DNA from: an uncultured Candidatus Saccharibacteria bacterium
GTDB lineage: Bacteria > Patescibacteriota > Minisyncoccia > Phycocordibacterales > CAIZLB01
NCBI GenBank assembly: GCA_964520195.1
Contig: CAZFNX010000001.1
Coordinates: 34,421-98,420 of the forward strand
Direction of reading: 5' to 3'
DNA length: 64,000 nucleotides
The translations under genes were made by a program, and so were the position numbers. Shown one piece after another: positions 19,867-29,560 of this stretch (its first letter is position 1; each line of letters opens with the position of its first letter). The notes under the pieces are model-generated. The model was given only the letters and a program-made list of their open reading frames with translations, was not told the origin of the DNA and did not search any database.

Positions 19867-22602
19867 ATGTCAGCTTCAAAGTCACACCCTAAAAAGGTTT
19901 CTGTAGCAAAGGCTACACATAAGGAACTGATTCATAATCAGGATCTTATTACTATTCGAGGGGCAAGGACTCATAATTTGAAAGATATTTCTGTACAGAT
20001 TCCTCGTAATCAGATGACTGTGATTACTGGTCTTTCAGGTTCAGGTAAATCTTCTCTGGCATTTGATACTATTTTTGCTGAGGGACAGAGAAGATATATA
20101 GAGTCTCTTTCTTCATATGCAAGACAGTTTTTGCGACAGATGCAAAAACCTGAAGTTGATGAGATTGCAGGTTTATCTCCAGCTATTTCTATCGATCAAA
20201 AATCTCGTTCAAATAACCCACGGTCAACTGTGGCAACTATTACAGAGATATATGATTATTTGCGTATCTTGTATGCTCGAGTTGGTAAGCCACATTGTTT
20301 GATATGTGATAGAGAAATTAAAAAACTTTCTAAAGAAGAAATCATAGATACTATTCATCGTGTTGTAAAAGGTATCGATACTAAGTCTCATGTTGATGTG
20401 CATGATACAAAAACTCAAGATGAAAAAGCTGGAGAGAAAAAAACAACTAAAAAGAAAAAAGAGATTTTAGGAGTTGAAGTAAGTCCTGATATATTTAAAA
20501 TATTTGCTCCTGTTGTTATTGGAAGAAAGGGAGAGTATTATCAGATGCTGTATGACTTACTTGGTAAAGGATATGAAGAGGTTCGTATAGATGGGAAAAT
20601 TCAAAAATTACGTGAGCGTATTACTCTTGATAAAAATAAGAAACACGATATTGATGTTCTGATTGATACATTTTATATATCTGAAATAGAGTCTCCGTCT
20701 CAAAGTTTTACTGAGCGTCTCAATGAATCGATTGAACGAGGATTGCATGAAAGTGATGGATTGCTTCGCATAAGTACCGAGGCAGGAGATCATTTGATTT
20801 CATCTAAGTTTATGTGTCCATATGACGGGTTCTCATTTCCTGAAATAGAACCACGACTGTTTTCTTTTAACTCTCCATATGGTGCATGTCCAGAGTGTAA
20901 TGGACTTGGGACAGATAGTTTCTTCACTAATCGTATCTGTAAAGTGTGTAACGGCGCAAGACTCCGTCCTGAAGCACTTCGTGTGTTACTACAAGATAGA
21001 CAGCTTAATATTGTTGATTTCACTAAGATGACCATACAAGACGCTGTTGATTATATGCTTGGTCTCAAACTAAGTCCGATAGACGCAGAGATATCTGCAG
21101 TTATTACAAAAGAAATATTAGCTCGTTTGGAGTTTCTTCAAGAGGTTGGTCTTGAATACCTTGGACTTGACCGAAGGGCTAACACACTATCAGGAGGTGA
21201 AGCACAACGTATACGTCTAGCTTCGCAGCTAGGTTCTGGACTTGTTGGAGCAATGTATGTACTAGATGAGCCAACTATTGGTCTACATCAGCGTGATAAT
21301 GATAGATTGATTAAAACACTTGTACAGCTCAAAGATATGGGCAATACAGTTATCATTGTAGAGCATGATGAGGATACTATTTTAGCTTCTGATTATCTTG
21401 TGGATATAGGGCCGGGTGCAGGAGTTAAAGGTGGACATGTGGTTGTTTCTGGTCCACTTAAAAAACTTTTGAAGGATCCTATTAAATCACTCCCTGTAGA
21501 TAAAACTGTTGCCGACCCACAATCATTTACAGGGTCTTTAACATTGGACTATCTAAGAGGTGAGCATATGGTGGAAGTTCCAGAGCGAAGAAGAACAACA
21601 TCTAAGGGATCTTTGGTTATTACAGGTGGAAAGGTGAACAATATTGTCAACATGAATGCGGAGATACCTCTTGGCAAGCTTGTATGTGTTACTGGTGTTT
21701 CTGGTTCAGGTAAATCTTCTTTCGTATATGAGATTGTATATAAAAACTTACTTGGAAGACTTGATAGAGATCATAGAACGTCTCAACTCTATAACTGTAA
21801 TACATTTACAGGAACAGAATATCTTGGACGAACTATACTTATAGATCAATCACCTATAGGAAGAACACCACGATCAAACCCTGCAACATATACAGGGGCA
21901 TTTACTCATATTCGAGATCTGTTTGCTGAGACTATTGAAGCCAAAGCTAGAGGTTGGGGAGCTGGTCGTTTCTCTTTTAACGTTAAGGGTGGACGATGTG
22001 AGACATGTCAAGGTAATGGTGCTATCGAAGTTGAGATGCATTTCCTTCCGACTGTGTATGTGACATGTGATGTATGTCATGGAAAACGATTCATGAAAGA
22101 AACTCTCGAGGTGACATATAAGAAAAAAAATATTTACGAGATTTTGAAAATGACTATTGATGAAGCTGTTGTTTTCTTTGAAGATATGCCTGGTATTTAT
22201 GATAGAGTAAAAACATTACAAGAAGTTGGTCTTGGATATCTTGAGCTTGGCCAGTCGGCTACAACATTATCTGGTGGTGAAGCACAACGTGTGAAGATTG
22301 CTTCAGAGTTATACAAGCCTCATATTCAAAAAACTATATATATTCTTGATGAGCCAACAGTTGGATTACATTATCATGATGTACGAAAACTTATCGAGAT
22401 ATTACAAAAACTCGTTGATCAAGGAAATAGTGTCCTTGTCATCGAACACAATATGGATTTGATAAAATGTGCCGACTATCTTCTTGATATCGGTCCAGAA
22501 GGAGGGGATAAAGGAGGTCAACTTATAGCACATGGAACACCTGAGCAAGTAGCAGACAGTCCTAAGAGTTATACAGGTGTGTATCTCAAAAAGGTATTGT
22601 AG
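19867..22602 (+). CDS. uvrA: Excinuclease ABC subunit A
   Basis: Two ABC ATPase modules (GLSGSGKSS; GVSGSGKSS), LSGGEAQR twice, zinc fingers. Confidence 0.98.
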   Translation: MSASKSHPKKVSVAKATHKELIHNQDLITIRGARTHNLKDISVQIPRNQMTVITGLSGSGKSSLAFDTIFAEGQRRYIESLSSYARQFLRQMQKPEVDEIAGLSPAISIDQKSRSNNPRSTVATITEIYDYLRILYARVGKPHCLICDREIKKLSKEEIIDTIHRVVKGIDTKSHVDVHDTKTQDEKAGEKKTTKKKKEILGVEVSPDIFKIFAPVVIGRKGEYYQMLYDLLGKGYEEVRIDGKIQKLRERITLDKNKKHDIDVLIDTFYISEIESPSQSFTERLNESIERGLHESDGLLRISTEAGDHLISSKFMCPYDGFSFPEIEPRLFSFNSPYGACPECNGLGTDSFFTNRICKVCNGARLRPEALRVLLQDRQLNIVDFTKMTIQDAVDYMLGLKLSPIDAEISAVITKEILARLEFLQEVGLEYLGLDRRANTLSGGEAQRIRLASQLGSGLVGAMYVLDEPTIGLHQRDNDRLIKTLVQLKDMGNTVIIVEHDEDTILASDYLVDIGPGAGVKGGHVVVSGPLKKLLKDPIKSLPVDKTVADPQSFTGSLTLDYLRGEHMVEVPERRRTTSKGSLVITGGKVNNIVNMNAEIPLGKLVCVTGVSGSGKSSFVYEIVYKNLLGRLDRDHRTSQLYNCNTFTGTEYLGRTILIDQSPIGRTPRSNPATYTGAFTHIRDLFAETIEAKARGWGAGRFSFNVKGGRCETCQGNGAIEVEMHFLPTVYVTCDVCHGKRFMKETLEVTYKKKNIYEILKMTIDEAVVFFEDMPGIYDRVKTLQEVGLGYLELGQSATTLSGGEAQRVKIASELYKPHIQKTIYILDEPTVGLHYHDVRKLIEILQKLVDQGNSVLVIEHNMDLIKCADYLLDIGPEGGDKGGQLIAHGTPEQVADSPKSYTGVYLKKVL

Positions 22603-22677
22603 TATAAAGTTGAAAATACAGTCCGTCCATCTGTATGGAGTTGCAAAAAACATATATACGCGTATAATAAATAACCT

Positions 22678-23313
22678 ATGTCATATGTCTTTTTCGATTT
22701 AGATAACACTCTTATTCGTGGACAAAGTCAACAACTATTACTTAAGGTTTTATATAAAAGAAAAATTATCTCTTTCATAGATTTGTGGAAGTTGAGAATA
22801 TTTTTTCTTTTATATACATTACATCTTGTATCGCATAAGAATACTGTTGATGTGTATATCAAAGTCGCACGTATGCTACAGGGTGTTGAAGTTGCATATC
22901 TTAAAAAAGTTGTGCGAGCTTTTGTGTTTGCTGAGTTTGGTAGTATACAAAACCTACGAGCTGTCGGTGAACTGGAAAAACATGTGTCTGCAGGTAAGCA
23001 TGTGGTTCTCGTCAGTGCCGCATTTGAGCCTATTGTAGAGGCCGCTGCTCAGTTTTTCCAAATACCTCAGTATGAATGTACAAAACTAGAGATAAAAGGT
23101 CATATCTACACAGGTAAACTTTTTGGTCAGCCAAACTATGGAGAACAAAAGATTAAAAATCTGGAAAAATACGGTTTCGAAGGGTCTTTTGCATATTCTG
23201 ATCATCATTCAGATATTCCACTTTTCTTGAAGGCTACATATAGATATGCGGTCAATCCAACGCGAAAACTTAAGAAGTATGCAACATCTCGAGGTTGGTT
23301 TGTTATCGAGTAA
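22678..23313 (+). CDS. HAD-IB family hydrolase
   Basis: FFDLDNTL, LVSAA, K, AYSDHHSDIP, AVNP. Confidence 0.9.
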   Translation: MSYVFFDLDNTLIRGQSQQLLLKVLYKRKIISFIDLWKLRIFFLLYTLHLVSHKNTVDVYIKVARMLQGVEVAYLKKVVRAFVFAEFGSIQNLRAVGELEKHVSAGKHVVLVSAAFEPIVEAAAQFFQIPQYECTKLEIKGHIYTGKLFGQPNYGEQKIKNLEKYGFEGSFAYSDHHSDIPLFLKATYRYAVNPTRKLKKYATSRGWFVIE

Positions 23314-23327
23314 ACAAATAGATTTTA

Positions 23328-23369
23328 TAGAAAATGTAGCCGTCCATCACGAATGCTAGAATTTTTCTA
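23328..23369 (+). repeat. Capped hairpin, core CGTCCATCACGAAT (23341-23354)
   Basis: Imperfect stem tagaaaatgtagc/gctagaatttttcta around the conserved core. Confidence 0.85.
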
Positions 23370-23407
23370 AAATATTTTCAAATACTATATTACTGGATTG
23401 AAAAATA

Positions 23408-23443
23408 TAAAATCCCTACTTCGCATAAGCGGTAGGGATTTTA
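23408..23443 (-). terminator. Intrinsic terminator downstream of efp
   Basis: taaaatccctac/gtagggatttta stem; loop shared with the 44523-44569 hairpin. Confidence 0.75.
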
Positions 23444-23466
23444 CTATTTCGAGATTTCTTATGTAT

Positions 23467-24045
23467 TTACTTACTTACTGAAACTCGTTCTGCGTATTCT
23501 CCTGTATCTGTGTTTACTCTGATGATGTTACCTGGTTCTATGAACATAGGAGCAAGGATTTCAGCACCAGTCTCAAGAGTAATAATCTTGTTTCCACCTT
23601 TGGCTGTATCTCCTCGAACAGCTGGAGGTGCTTCAGTTACTTCTAGATCTATCTTGACAGGGAGCTTGACTCCAATAGGTATTTCTCCAAAGTATTTTAC
23701 ATCAATAATAGCGTTTGCTTTTAAAAACTTTCTACTGTCTCCAATAAGAGTATCAGCAAGCTTGAAACGTTTAGAAGGCTCGTTCTCTGGACAGAACCAC
23801 CATTCTCCTCTGTTGTTGTACAGATACTTAACCTTCATTGTTTCAATCTCAGCTTCCTCTGCTTTTTCAGTTGCTTGGAATGAGTGTTCAATAACTCGTC
23901 CACTAATAAGGTTTCGCATTTTTACTGCGTTTACAGGTTTTCTCATCTGCTTTCTGAAGATGTGATGATCAAGGATCTCATAAGGTTCATCTTCAAAAAT
24001 AATCATTTTTCGTGTGACAATGTCACTATATTCTATAATAGCCAT
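23467..24045 (-). CDS. efp: Elongation factor P (atypical loop)
   Basis: PAVRGDTA..K..LETGA..APMFI..G.IIRVNTDTGEYAER; loop RKQMRK instead of KPGKG. Confidence 0.93.
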   Translation of the reverse strand: MAIIEYSDIVTRKMIIFEDEPYEILDHHIFRKQMRKPVNAVKMRNLISGRVIEHSFQATEKAEEAEIETMKVKYLYNNRGEWWFCPENEPSKRFKLADTLIGDSRKFLKANAIIDVKYFGEIPIGVKLPVKIDLEVTEAPPAVRGDTAKGGNKIITLETGAEILAPMFIEPGNIIRVNTDTGEYAERVSVSK

Positions 24046-24104
24046 GAGTGTGAGTATATCGGTTTATGGCTTGTTTTGCAAGGATATGGTAGAGTTTGGG
24101 TATT

Positions 24105-25376
24105 ATGCGACACAGTAATATTTTCACAAAGACACGAAAGGAGTATCCAAGTGATGAAGTGGCTAAAAACGCTCAGATGCTTATTCAGGCAGGTTTTATT
24201 CATAAAGAAATGGCCGGAGTGTATGCATATTTACCTCTAGGACTGCGAGTTATTGAAAAACTAAAGAATATCGCTCGGGAAGAGATGAATGCTGCTCGGG
24301 GACAAGAGATTCAGATGACAACATTGCAGAAGAAAGAGACGTGGGAGAAGACTGATCGATGGAGTGATGAGCAAGTGGATGTATGGTTTAAAAGTAAACT
24401 TGCAAATGGTACAGATATTGGTTTTGGCTGGTCACATGAAGAACCAATCACTGATATGATGATACATTTCATCAATAGTTATAAAAATCTTCCAGTATAT
24501 GTGTATCAATTTCAAACAAAATTACGTAACGAACTCCGTGCTAAAAGTGGCATCATGCGAGGGAGAGAGTTTTTAATGAAAGATTTATATTCATATAATA
24601 CAAATGAAATCGAACATGCAGCGTTTTATCAAAATATGATAGAAGCATATACAAAGTTTTATGACAGAGTAGGATTGGGTTCTGATACATTTTTAACTGT
24701 TGCTACAGGTGGTGCGTTCACCAAAAATACAAGTCATGAGTTTCAGACTATTTGTGATGCTGGAGAAGATATTGTGTATATAGATAGAAAACATAATATC
24801 GCATACAATACAGAAGCTCTTGAGAGTATGGACACTAAAGATGAGCTTATGAAAACGTGTGAACAAGTTAAAACAGCAGAGGTCGGGAATATCTTTAGTT
24901 TTGGAGGTGAAAAATCTGAGAAGATGGGTCTACTATTTACAGATACAGATGGAACACAGAAACCAGTTATTCTTGGATCATATGGTATAGGAATCACACG
25001 AGTTATGGGTGTAATTGTCGAAAAATATGCAGACGAAAAAGGACTTGTTTGGCCAAAAGCAGTAGCTCCATTTGAAATTGAAATTGTCTCACTTCATAAA
25101 GATAAAGACGATGCAACATATGTTGCAGCTTCTGATATATATGATCAACTAGTAAGCTGTCACTATGAATGTTTGATAGATGATAGACAGATGGGTATTA
25201 AAGATAAGCTGGAAAGTGCTGATATGTACGGTATACCTGTTCAGATTATTGTTGGTCCACGGACACTCGAGAAAGGTGTTGTTGAGGTGAAGGTGAGAAA
25301 GACAGGTGAAGTGCAAGAAATAGAGCTTGGAAAAGTTTCAGAGTTTGTTGATGAGATTTGGGAGAGTGTGTTTTAA
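24105..25376 (+). CDS. proS: Prolyl-tRNA synthetase, short form without editing insertion
   Basis: AGVYAYLPLGLRV, HEE, QTKLRNELR..GIMRGREFLMKDLYS, GSYGIGITR. Confidence 0.95.
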   Translation: MRHSNIFTKTRKEYPSDEVAKNAQMLIQAGFIHKEMAGVYAYLPLGLRVIEKLKNIAREEMNAARGQEIQMTTLQKKETWEKTDRWSDEQVDVWFKSKLANGTDIGFGWSHEEPITDMMIHFINSYKNLPVYVYQFQTKLRNELRAKSGIMRGREFLMKDLYSYNTNEIEHAAFYQNMIEAYTKFYDRVGLGSDTFLTVATGGAFTKNTSHEFQTICDAGEDIVYIDRKHNIAYNTEALESMDTKDELMKTCEQVKTAEVGNIFSFGGEKSEKMGLLFTDTDGTQKPVILGSYGIGITRVMGVIVEKYADEKGLVWPKAVAPFEIEIVSLHKDKDDATYVAASDIYDQLVSCHYECLIDDRQMGIKDKLESADMYGIPVQIIVGPRTLEKGVVEVKVRKTGEVQEIELGKVSEFVDEIWESVF

Positions 25377-25453
25377 GATTTTCTGGTAAAATTTATACTT
25401 TTATATATCTTTTCTTTAGGAAAATTTCATGTATGTTTTTGTAATGTTTGTTA

Positions 25454-25948
25454 ATGAACATTAAAGGTAAAACAATTGTGTATATAGATATGGCAAATCT
25501 TTCTATAGAATCAAGAAAGAAAAATATCATAATTGATATGTTTTTGATGTATACTTGGCTCATTGATAAATATGTAGCAGATGAGGTGTATATATTTACA
25601 GGTTATCTTAATAAGTATAAAGAAGAGTATGATACAAATAGTAAGATTGGATATAAATATATTTTTAAAGAAGTTATCTTCAATAAAGATGAGTATAAAA
25701 TAAAGGCGAATTGCGATGTTGATATTGCTATACAGGGTACAATCGATACTATTAATCATAATCTTAATCGTGCAATTTTGATTACAAGTGACGGTGATTT
25801 TTTAAGTCTTATAAAATTTTGGCTATCAAAAATTGTAATAGTCTCTATTATATCACCAGCGAATCCTGACAAATGCTCTTACTTACTAAAAAAAAGACAA
25901 TTTACCTATAACATATTTAAATCAAATTCTTTCAAGAATTACAAATGA
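25454..25948 (+). CDS. NYN (PIN-like, LabA/DUF88) domain protein, orphan; C-terminus possibly frameshifted
   Basis: YIDMANL, KANCDVDIA, LITSDGDF; very AT-rich. Confidence 0.85.
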   Translation: MNIKGKTIVYIDMANLSIESRKKNIIIDMFLMYTWLIDKYVADEVYIFTGYLNKYKEEYDTNSKIGYKYIFKEVIFNKDEYKIKANCDVDIAIQGTIDTINHNLNRAILITSDGDFLSLIKFWLSKIVIVSIISPANPDKCSYLLKKRQFTYNIFKSNSFKNYK

Positions 25949-25999
25949 AAAGGCCCTCGATGAAGACAAAACATCATAAAGGCCCTTTTCTTGGATATG
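25945..25999 (-). ncRNA. Candidate small RNA convergent with the NYN gene
   Basis: Minus-strand TTGACA-17-(TG)TAGCAT at 26034-26006; stem gaaaaggcc/ggcccttttc enclosing gatg/catc. Confidence 0.5.
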
Positions 26000-26041
26000 T
26001 ATACTATGCTAACAAAAAAAAGTTATTTTGTCAAATACTTA

Positions 26042-26482
26042 TTATTCTTTATGATACGGATGATTATGTAAAATAGTTATCGCTCGATAAACTTGCTCAC
26101 ATACAAGCATAGTTGCAAGTTCGTGAGGAAATGTCATAGGTGAGAGCGAGAGTTTTTGATCTGCAGTTTTGAGTTCTTCGATACTGAATCCAACACTTGG
26201 TCCAATAATAAAAATAATATGACTTGAGATGTGTGACTGTACATGCTCTATTTGTTTTGCAAATGTCTCTGATGTGTATATTTTTCCTTCCTCATCGAGG
26301 GTAAAGATATATGCACTTGGATATGATTTTTTTACATCAGCTACATGGTTGTGTTTTTTCTCTTCTTTAATATCAAAGAGCTGCACTTTTGCAAATCGTG
26401 AAAGTCTTTTTGTGTATTCGTTAATGAGAGGGGTGATGAGTTTGTTTTTAACTCCTGAGATGGTGATGATGGTGATATGCAT
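26042..26482 (-). CDS. rlmH: 23S rRNA pseudouridine-1915 methyltransferase
   Basis: LDEEGK..SE.FA, FIIGPSVG, LSLSPMTFPHEL, EQVYRA..HPYHK; start refined to ATG 26482. Confidence 0.95.
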   Translation of the reverse strand: MHITIITISGVKNKLITPLINEYTKRLSRFAKVQLFDIKEEKKHNHVADVKKSYPSAYIFTLDEEGKIYTSETFAKQIEHVQSHISSHIIFIIGPSVGFSIEELKTADQKLSLSPMTFPHELATMLVCEQVYRAITILHNHPYHKE

Positions 26483-26551
26483 GAGGGTATTGTAGCATGG
26501 TATAAAGTATGTACACTTATATAGAAACATGATATTTATTAAATCAAACAT

Positions 26552-27577
26552 ATGAACAATCCAGAAATAAATATAAAACTATCCTACATACCAGGTCTGC
26601 GACCTGTGGTTTTAGATGAGCTAAAAAAGAGTAACATGAAAGTGTTACGTGAGGTTGATGATTCTATATATCTTGAATTCTCAATACAAACCCTTCAAGA
26701 TGTGAAAAAACAGAGAAGTGTTGCACGGGCATATCTTATCGTACAGAATGCTTTATATAATCCGACATACCTTTCAAATCATAAATCAGTGCTTGGAAAT
26801 CTGGTCGAGCACGTTGTATCATGTGATAGTTTCAAGACGTTTAAAATAACATGCGCAGGATCTGATTCTCCTGAAGTTAGAAGTATTGCATCATATATTG
26901 AAAAGACTTATGGTATACAAGAAAACGATGATGCAGATTTAAAAATACACATGATTAAACCAGATGATGTTTGGGAGATAGGGGTACAAATAACACCTCG
27001 ACCTCTTTCTGTGAGAGATTATAAAGTTGTGAATATGAAGGGTGCGATGGATCCAACTATTGCATACGCTGTTAATTCTTTCTGTATACAAGATTCGACC
27101 AAAACATACCTTAATATATTTTCAGGTAGTGCGACATTGTTGATTGAGGCAGCAGAATGTTACCCTCATGTAGAGAAGTTGATAGGTTTTGATAATGATA
27201 AAAGCCATTTAACCCTTTCGATTCAAAATATCAAGAAAGCAGGTTTCATAAAAAAAATCCAAGTAAAGGAATGTGATATTTTTAATAAACCAGATTTAGG
27301 CACATTTGATGCCGTTGTGTCTGATGTGCCTTTCGGTATGTTGGTTTCAAAAGATCAGGATCTTCAAAAACTGTACGGAGTTTTCGTTGAGTATTGTGAG
27401 CATGTTTTGAATGTTGGAGGAAGATTGGTTATATATACAAGTGAATTTGAACTTATGGAATCAATCATATCTCAGTCTCAATTTAAGATCGTGCAATCAT
27501 TACAATTAACATTGAGTACAAATGTAGGTGCATATTTGAAGCCTAAAATAATTGTTTGTGAGTTTAAAGATAAATAA
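26552..27577 (+). CDS. SAM-dependent RNA methyltransferase (UPF0020/RlmL-like)
   Basis: PLSVRDY..GAMDPTIA, FSGSATLLIE, SDVPFG. Confidence 0.8.
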   Translation: MNNPEINIKLSYIPGLRPVVLDELKKSNMKVLREVDDSIYLEFSIQTLQDVKKQRSVARAYLIVQNALYNPTYLSNHKSVLGNLVEHVVSCDSFKTFKITCAGSDSPEVRSIASYIEKTYGIQENDDADLKIHMIKPDDVWEIGVQITPRPLSVRDYKVVNMKGAMDPTIAYAVNSFCIQDSTKTYLNIFSGSATLLIEAAECYPHVEKLIGFDNDKSHLTLSIQNIKKAGFIKKIQVKECDIFNKPDLGTFDAVVSDVPFGMLVSKDQDLQKLYGVFVEYCEHVLNVGGRLVIYTSEFELMESIISQSQFKIVQSLQLTLSTNVGAYLKPKIIVCEFKDK

Positions 27578-27610
27578 TTATACAATATAATATTATATTT
27601 TTGTGTGTGA

Positions 27611-27645
27611 AAAACCCTCAGGCACACGGTGTGTGACTGAGGGTT
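27611..27645 (-). terminator. Terminator downstream of the alpha/beta hydrolase gene
   Basis: aaccctcag/ctgagggtt stem with T run on the minus strand. Confidence 0.75.
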
Positions 27646-27670
27646 GATGGTCTCCGTCGAGAAAAGGGGA

Positions 27671-28354
27671 TCACGCAGCTGCCTGCATGACTTTGTCCAT
27701 GTTTTGAAGAGACCACATGTGACCGTAACCTAAGGTTACAACTTTCGTTCTGAAGCTGCTACGTGCAGCAGTCAGAAATTCGGTTGTTTTCGTAGCAGTG
27801 CTGCCGATGATGCGATCGTTGGCAGCATTCACCACCACCATTTCGGTGGAAGGAGAAGCTTCGAACTTTTCCTGACGACGATACTGTCTCAGGATAGTGC
27901 TCCAGACGAACTTACCGCTGTCGGCCTGAAGATTCGGCATCATTTCTTCTGCCTCGTCGTCACTGAGAGAGAAGAGATTTTTAGCTTCACTTGGAGACAT
28001 TGCTACAGGTTTGCCTGTTAGTATTTCAACCAAGTGGGGCAATGTTGCCATAATCGTAGGATCCCACGGCATGAACTTGACTCCGGCAAGAGGGCCGGAG
28101 TTCATGAGGATGATTTTTTTAATCATCCCATCCGGGAGATGTTTCAGTGTCTCAGTAATCAGGACACAGCCTGCGCTGTGCCCAATCAGTGTTTCTACCT
28201 GAGGATTTGCTTCAATGTGGTCAATGAGCAGTTTTACTCGCTCTTCCATCGTATCCAACCCACATGGGTTGACGATGTTGAACCGATTTCCCAGTTTTTG
28301 AAAGAGTGGTCCTTGACTGTTGGCCCAAAGGCCAGGAACTAGCGTCATCTTCAA
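27671..28354 (-). CDS. Alpha/beta hydrolase
   Basis: LVPGLW oxyanion motif, GHSAG nucleophile, D (NDRII), H (GHM); visibly GC-richer; AAAGAAAGGT upstream of TTG. Confidence 0.85.
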   Translation of the reverse strand: MKMTLVPGLWANSQGPLFQKLGNRFNIVNPCGLDTMEERVKLLIDHIEANPQVETLIGHSAGCVLITETLKHLPDGMIKKIILMNSGPLAGVKFMPWDPTIMATLPHLVEILTGKPVAMSPSEAKNLFSLSDDEAEEMMPNLQADSGKFVWSTILRQYRRQEKFEASPSTEMVVVNAANDRIIGSTATKTTEFLTAARSSFRTKVVTLGYGHMWSLQNMDKVMQAAA

Positions 28355-28575
28355 GACGTTACCTTTCTTTTGCGCGGGTATTCTACGTACCGCAAGTGAA
28401 TGTTCAGGGGTGAGGTAAGGTGTAGAAGGTCCTTAACTTGTATAGTATTATAGCATATATGTGTAATAAAAGCAAGGGTATACTCATCAAATCTTTGCAA
28501 TATATGGGTAGAAATATAAATTATTTAATATATACAATATTCATTTACATATAAATATGTTATAATTTGTTACAA

Positions 28576-29514
28576 ATGAAATTACTCATAGAGGCCATTG
28601 TTCAAAAACATGATCTAGGGGATTTCATATCTTTTGATGCGGTTAGTGAAGGGGTGCTTAATAAAAACTTTATCTTTGAAACAAGCAAAGGTAAGTTCTT
28701 CCTTAAGAACTGTCATGCGAAAACTAAGACTCGAATGAAGTTTATTAATGATGTTGAAAAATTTATGAAAACCCCAGCTGTTCCTTCGGTTGCAGCTATC
28801 TCTATTGATGAAGCAGAAGGATATATGCTCTATTCATTTGTTGAAAGCGACAGAACACATGACTATAATCTTAAAGATTATTTTAAAATGGGACAAATGC
28901 TTGGACATATTCATGCGGTGACATATGGAAAAGATATTCCAGAGAATTTAAAGCAATTTCCATATGTTGAAAGAGATCTGAAAGATATGGTTGTAGGAAT
29001 GAAAAAATATGAACAGATGTTGGAAACAAAAGAAAACAAAGATGAGGTTGATATATTATTTTTAGAATATATTCAAAAGAAACTTTCATATGCGGAAAAT
29101 TATGTCGATATACCAGAACTTGTAAATGATACATTAATGCATGGTGACTTTCATGCAGGGAACTTACTCTTCAGCAAAGACATGAGAGAAATAATTGGTG
29201 TATGTGATTGGGAAAAGGCACAATATTCCCCAAGAGTTTTAGATGTTGCACGAGCATATCTATATATTGGTTTTGGTACAAATACAGATGATATTGTTGA
29301 GTGTACTCAGATCGGGGAAGCTGTGCTTGAAGGATATAGAACAATACTACCTATATCAGATGAAGAATTTCAAAAAGGAATTAAGATTCGTATTAAATCA
29401 AATATCTTTACTCACTGGATTGAAGATAAATACTATATTGGAAAAGATGCTCGTGCAAATAAATTTATCAAAAACGGAATAATGATTTTAGATCATTTTT
29501 GTTCCATACAATAA
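28576..29514 (+). CDS. APH/homoserine-kinase-II-like phosphotransferase
   Basis: GVLNKN, FFLK, HGDFHAGNLL, DWE. Confidence 0.88.
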   Translation: MKLLIEAIVQKHDLGDFISFDAVSEGVLNKNFIFETSKGKFFLKNCHAKTKTRMKFINDVEKFMKTPAVPSVAAISIDEAEGYMLYSFVESDRTHDYNLKDYFKMGQMLGHIHAVTYGKDIPENLKQFPYVERDLKDMVVGMKKYEQMLETKENKDEVDILFLEYIQKKLSYAENYVDIPELVNDTLMHGDFHAGNLLFSKDMREIIGVCDWEKAQYSPRVLDVARAYLYIGFGTNTDDIVECTQIGEAVLEGYRTILPISDEEFQKGIKIRIKSNIFTHWIEDKYYIGKDARANKFIKNGIMILDHFCSIQ

Positions 29515-29560
29515 ACCCATATACTTTCTGGTAAGGTATGGTATTATCATCATAATTTTT

